Assembly (NCBI RefSeq): GCF_009914755.1
Contig: NC_060938.1
DNA: 64,000 bases
DNA from: the human T2T-CHM13v2.0 reference genome, Homo sapiens
Reading direction: 5' to 3' (one strand)
The notes under the pieces were generated by a model, which searched no databases, had not been told where the DNA came from, and was given only the letters and a program-made list of their open reading frames with translations. This document shows positions 58,178 through 64,000 of the stretch, piece by piece; the stretch's first letter is position 1; the number at the start of each line of letters is the position of its first letter. The translations under genes were made by a program, and so were the position numbers.

Positions 58178-58453
58178 GCCGGGTGTTGTACCTGCCTGTA
58201 GTCCTAGCAACTCAGGAGGCTGAGGCAGGAGGATTGTTTAAACCCAGGAGTTATAAGCTGTAGTGCTCTATGCCAATTGAGTGTCCCTACTAAGTTCAGC
58301 ATTTCCTGGGAGTGGGGGACCACCAGATTGCCTAAGGGAGGGGTCAACTGGCCCAGGTTGGAAACTCCTGTGCTGATCAGTAGTGGAATTGTGCCTGTGA
58401 ATAGCTGCTACACTCCAGCCTGGGCAACATAGCAGGACCCCATCTCTTTAAAA
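58178..58453 (+). pseudogene. RN7SL683P: 7SL (SRP) RNA retropseudogene
   Basis: Alu-domain ends plus S-domain sequence absent from Alus (actaagttcagcat, gggggaccaccag.ttgcctaagg, gtgctgatcagtagtgg, gcctgtgaatagc), ending ctcttt plus A. The class is secure; the specific symbol is from memory of the locus and unverified. Confidence 0.88.
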
Positions 58454-60138
58454 GAATTGTTTTAAAAAATGACAACAGTGTTAATAGAGCTGTTTACTCT
58501 CTTAGTTTTCTCATTTATAAAGTTAGGCCTGGAGAATAAAGTCATTACTATGAGAGACAGGTGTTTGCTCTTTGAGTCAGCCTGCTTCTCCAAAGTAGGA
58601 GAGCTGGTTGATGGCAGGACTGGGTGACCTTCATGGTGATTAAAGCCAGAGGGACAGCAAAAGGCTGCTGCTTTTTCAGGTTTCCTCTTTGGTTTGCCAA
58701 GGCCCTGTTGTAAATTACCTAATTAGTAAGACTACCTTTCAAGGAAGGAATCAGGAAATTTAAACTCTAGTTATGGTTTTAGTTCAGCTTTGTGTGGATG
58801 GCTTGATTAGCTGGGAGAATAAACCAGATTGGGCTTTTGTTTTTTTCTCTGAACAAATGAAGTTGTCTGGGGAAGAGTAATTGAGACAATGGGCAGAATT
58901 CTACCTGGTGAGTAATTTACTACTGAGCTCCTAGAGAGCTGAATTCACCTTTTCCCTTTTCTTGTCTTTAAGATACAGCTAACATTAGTCACAAGGCTAC
59001 ACATCTGGTGACAGGGATGCCTCTAGGTCCTTATTTTTGTTCAGATAATGGAGCACCTGGAAGTTATGTGATTTTAATAGAAAATCAGGAAATACTGGTA
59101 TACTTAATTCTATCTTAGGAACGAAGAACGATTTTACTAGCAGAAAATGAACACAGTTATATGTACGTAACATAAAATCACAACTGCTGGCTCAGGGTTG
59201 GAGGTGAGGTGGGGGGACTGTCTCAGTTAAGCATGATTTATTAATGTTATTATGAATTCTTTTAGTGCCAGTTTTCTGCTACTGTTCTATTTGTTCTGCT
59301 ATATGAGCTTTGTTGGTATTTGCTTGTAGGTATACTTTGGCAGATGCCAGAAGGCTAACATTGGGAGAAAGGTCTTAAAATTGAGAAAATTCTCCCACTA
59401 ATTTGTTCTGTGAATCAGGAAGAAAACACGCATTGACTCATTTTTTTGAACAGGAACTGTCTTTTTCTCAGATCTTTTAGCTTATTTTTTAACCTTAAAA
59501 ATGATATATGTTCATTTTAACAATGCAAACAGTAAAATAAAACTTAAAAAATAAAAATTATCCCAAATCCTAAACCCAGAGATATATGTAATATTTCTGC
59601 TAAATATATCTTTATATAATTTTTCTATTACGATTATTTACATTCTTGATAGTGTGTTTATGTGTTAATATACAGATATACCAGAAATAAATATATGTAA
59701 CTTTATATTTAGATTTATATTCTGTCATATTTCTATTTGGAGGGCTTACTGATTTTCTCATCACCCTTGTACTGATACAGTAGATTTAATTTACTTCCTA
59801 AGGTGTCAGTTTATAGCTCGATAGTGTGTTCTCTAAGACTCTGTACTCATTTATATAAAAGGATTTAAAATCTTTGTAATAAACCTGTTCATTAAACAAA
59901 ACTTCACAGAAATGAGTCATTCTGGGTAGCCAAACTTTCTATATCATTAAGTGTTCAGCTAGTTAATGAATAAAAAAGACATCTTGACTATTGTTGATGA
60001 AAACTTTTCTAGATTACAGACTTTTAATTTATGGCTCTATCTAGTACTGCATTCAACTTCGGAGCCATAAAAAGTTTTATTCTAAAATATTTGAGAAATT
60101 ATCAGAGAGATGTAAATTAAAGCTGCAATGTTATTTAC

Positions 60139-60224
60139 CTGTTAGAACGGCTGTTAGAATGGCTGTTATTAAAACCTGTTAGAATGGCTGTTATTAAAAC
60201 CTGTTAGAATGGCTGTTATTAAAA
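60139..60224. repeat. 25-bp tandem repeat x3 plus a 12-bp duplication
   Basis: CTGTTAGAATGGCTGTTATTAAAA(C) at 60151, 60176 and 60201; ctgttagaacgg at 60139. Confidence 0.92.
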
Positions 60225-60848
60225 AAAGACAAAAAATATAGCAAGTGTTTTGAGAGGATGGGGGAAAAGGGAACCCTTGCATACTGTTGGTGGGAATGTA
60301 AGTTGGAATAGCCATTATGCAAAACAATATGGAGGTTCCTTAAATTATTAAAAATAGAACTATCATGTGATCCAGCAGTTCCGCTGCTGGGTATATATCC
60401 AAAGGAATTGAAATCAGTGTTTGAAGAAGTATCAGAATTCCCATGTTTATTGTGGCATTATTCATGATAGCCAAGATATGGAATCAATCTAAGTGTCTAA
60501 TAACAGATCTGTGGGTAAAGAAAATATGGTATATATACACAATGGAATACTGTATAGCCGTAAAAAAGAAGGAAATGCTTTCATTTACAATAACATGGAT
60601 GAACCTGGAGGACTTTATGTTAGTGAGATAAGCAGATACAGAAAGACTGCATGATCTCCCCTACATATGCAAAATAAAAAAGTTGAACTCAGAAGTAGAT
60701 TGTAGAATGTAGCTACCAGGGAGAAGGGGGGATAGTGAGGGTTTTAGGGAGGGGGATATTTGATAAAAAGGGTACAAATTTTTCAGTTAGATAGGAAGAA
60801 TAAATTAATAGATAAGTTAATAAGTTAGTAGATAAGAAATATATTGCA

Positions 60849-61148
60849 GGCCAGGCACCTGCTTGTAATTCCAGCACTTTGGGAGGCTGAGGCAGGAGGA
60901 CTACTTGAGCCCTGGGGTTCAAAACCAGCCTGGGCCATATAGTGAGACCTTGTCTCTACAAAAAAATTTTAAAATTACCCAGGCATAGTGGTGCATGCCT
61001 GTAGTCCCAGCTACTCAGGGGACTGAAGTGGGAGGATCACTTGAGCCCAGGAGGTGGAGGCTGCAGTGAGCTGTGATTGTACCATTGCACTCCAACCTGG
61101 GTAACAGCGAGACCTTGTCTCAAAAAAAAAAAAAAAAAAAAGAAAAAA
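60849..61148 (+). mobile_element. AluJ nested in L1MA
   Basis: J-type dimer with a small 5' internal deletion. Confidence 0.9.
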
Positions 61149-61539
61149 TTCTCTTGTAAAACATGATGACTAAAGTTAATGACTGTGTACTACATTCTTG
61201 CTAAGAGAGTAGATTTTAAATGTTCTCACCACAAAAAAATGAAAAGTATGTCAGGTAACATATATGTTAATTAGCTCGATTTAGCCATTTCCTGGTGTGT
61301 ACGCAATTCAAAACAACATGTATATGATAAACACATACAATTTTTACTTGTTAATTAAAATATTTGAGAGAAGGGAAAATGGTCATTATATAAGACAAAA
61401 ATGCATGGAATTATATACATCAAAAACAATTTCGTGAACAAAACACCACTCTGGTCTTCCAAATATGTATATTTTTGCTTATATAAAATATATAAATACC
61501 TTGACTTACTTGCTTATAAGTTAAAAAGCTTAACGTGCA

Positions 61540-62275
61540 TATAGAAAAGCAGATAGATCCTACGTTTTCACCTTTGATAAGTTTTCACAAACTTAACACA
61601 AGTGTATAACCAGCATCACAATTAAAAATCAGGATACCACCACCATTACAGGAAACCCCCCCCTCATGTTCTCTCCCATTTCAGTACCAACCACCCCCTA
61701 TACTACCAAAGGTAACCACTGTTCTGACTTATGTCACCATAGTTTTGTTTTGCCTGCTTTTGAACTTTATAAAAATGAAATAATATAATATGTACTCTTT
61801 GGTTGTACTCAATGTAATGTTTGAGAAATGTATACACATTTTCGTATATAGGAAGGATAATTTTTTAGTGTAGTATTCTATAATGTGAATATACTACACT
61901 TTATTTACTACTGAACATCTGTTTTTGTTTTGCAGATTTTGACCATTTTACTATTAATACTGTTATAGTATTTTTATACTTGTTTTTGCTTTTTTGGGCA
62001 TATGTGCACATTTCTGTTAGGCATCTATACCTGGGAGTGGGATTACCAAGCTATAGGATATGTATTAATATTTGTTCAGATTTAGTAGACACTGCAAAGC
62101 AAAGCCTTCTACTAAAGTAGTTTACTGATTCACTCTCACACACAGTGTGTGAGAGTTCCAGTGGCTCCACATCTTCATCAGCACATTGTATTTTTAGTCT
62201 TGATTTTAGCCATTCTGGTGGGTATGAAGTGGTATTTGTTGTTGTGCAGATTGCATCTCCCTGATGACTAAAGAG
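61540..62275 (-). mobile_element. L1ME-like 3' fragment
   Basis: 'aaggtaaccactgttctgactt...tttgcctgcttttgaactttataaaaatg', 'gagagttccagtggctccacatc', 'ttttagccattctggtgggtatg'. Confidence 0.75.
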
Positions 62276-62732
62276 GACTAGTGCTTTGACCTCAAGAACT
62301 TCCCCTCTGGGGAGATCTTATGTTATTTAAATCTTAGGTTTTTAAACTGATCTCTGCTAGTTTGACTTTATTTCGATATTCACAGAAACTATTATTTTCC
62401 TCTGGTGTTCAGGATATACTGTACACCAAGTTTTTCAAATCTCTAGACCCTTCTGTGTCATATTTTATGGTAATCACTAATAGATACAACATCCAAATTT
62501 TGCTGCTTGATGATCCAATTTAATGACTTTCTGTTCCATGTTTAGTGAATTTTTGAAATTGTGAAATATTTAAAGTTATCTATCTGTTTCACAATGTAGC
62601 TAATTAAAATGTTTGTTAAATAATTCAACTTAAGAAATCTAAAAGGAAATGCTTTCTGGCTTTAGTGCAGTAATTGTCTTCAGAACAATATGCCAATAAT
62701 GACTCATCCCTTCTTTATTCATAGTAACTTTG

Positions 62733-62968
62733 GTTTTAGCTTTTTTGGGGTTTCTTTTGTTTTGTTTTTGGAGAAAGGACCTTGCTCTGCTGGCCAGGCT
62801 GTAGTGCAGTGGCACGATCTCAGCTCACTGCAGCCTTGACCTCCCGGGCTCGAGCAGTCCTCCCACCTCAGCCTCCTAAATAGCTAGGACTGCAGGTGTG
62901 TGCCACCATACCTGGCTAATTTTTTAAATTTTTAGTAGAGACAGGTTCTCACTGTGCTGCCCAGGCTG
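62733..62968 (-). mobile_element. AluJ, 5'-truncated
   Basis: TSD catagtaactttg/catcgtaactttg. Confidence 0.9.
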
Positions 62969-63200
62969 CATCGTAACTTTGAAAAGAATCTCACTCTAGG
63001 ATAGAAAATTACAAGTAAATTTAATGCAAGTAGAAAGTGCATTTGAGACTTAAGTCTGAGTCTAATAGCTGTATGAAATATTTGTATAAGAATCATAATA
63101 CTGGAGTATAGTTCTTAGTTTTTAATACTAAATTTTCTTTGATCATGAAATGAAAGTAAGAGATCCTTGAAGTATTGCATTAGAAATCTTAGATGGAGGA

Positions 63201-63548
<348 letters not shown>

Positions 63549-63589
63549 TCATCACTTGGCCATCTTAAAATAACATGGAGACTGAACAA

Positions 63590-63780
63590 ACCCTGTGTTC
63601 CCAGGTCTGGTGCCAGGCATTGTCATCCATGTTTTCTTACTGTATTCTTAACAGTACTGTGATATAGGCATGTTATACCCATTGTATGTACAAGGCAATT
63701 GAGGCTGGAAAAGGTTAAAGGAGGTCACATAATTAGAAAGGGTAGATGGAAATGTCCTAACTCTGATCTTATGATTTTAC
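63590..63780 (-). mobile_element. MIR
   Basis: 'tgccaggcattg...ttgaggctggaaaaggttaaaggaggtcacata'. Confidence 0.6.
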
Positions 63781-64000
63781 TTGCGGAAAAACTATAGTAT
63801 TTAGAACCTTTGGTTTAAATTGAACAACTCTCTGTCAACTCTTTAGCTATCCTGGGCGCCAGTAATATATAAAAGTGGATTGGCAGTTATTGAATCTCAG
63901 ATAAAGGACTATTAGGGAATTGTATGGAGAGTTGTTCTTGATTTATACTTTCTTATATTAATATTAAGTAAACATTTTAATTAAAGCATCTAATTAAAGG

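Larger units (their letters stand above)
60100..61360 (+). mobile_element. L1MA (MA8/9-like) 3' part with nested AluJ and a tandem repeat
   Basis: ORF2-like peptide 60443-60631 ([15 protein letters not shown]...); 3' UTR 'gctaagagagtagattttaaatgttctcaccacaaaaaa', 'gttaattagctcgatttagccatt'. Confidence 0.85.

Noticed and set aside
60139-60224. Regularly spaced repeats as a CRISPR-like array
   Set aside because: Units are directly adjacent with no unique spacers, derive from L1 sequence and lie in human DNA.
60718-60756. G-quadruplex motif
   Set aside because: Corresponds to the G-rich tract normally found in L1 3' UTRs; long loops and no locus-specific interest.

Overview
Human non-coding genomic DNA (an AluYb8 at 28966-29282 indicates human origin). 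No protein-coding gene is supported: the ORF track consists of Alu-, L1- and low-complexity-derived frames plus short ORFs with no recognisable product, and the only ORFs with recognisable protein homology are L1 ORF2p/ORF1p remnants. The window holds about 42 Alu pieces (J, S and young Y-lineage), a near-full-length ancient L1MB, a truncated L1PA, two solo LTRs (LTR40, MER39), DNA-transposon relics (Tigger2, Tigger4a, MER20, MER30) and many L2/MIR/L1M fragments. Three RNA-derived copies stand out: a box C/D snoRNA U56 copy (7810-7880, most likely SNORD56B) with damaged boxes, a 7SL pseudogene (58178-58453) and a retrocopied mRNA 3' end (25618-25876). From memory, the U56 copy plus the 7SL copy place the window in a large 5' intron of the + strand gene SIPA1L1 (14q24.2); this is inferred and was not checked. 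I found no support for a new multi-component biological system. The best leads are local: a candidate enhancer with M-box, MARE-like and NF-Y motifs, a tail-less Alu with a perfect TSD, an antisense AluYb8 nested in an AluJ, a chain of fold-back hairpins and a perfect 25-bp tandem repeat. Subfamily names come from recalled consensus sequences, and the boundaries of old repeats are approximate.
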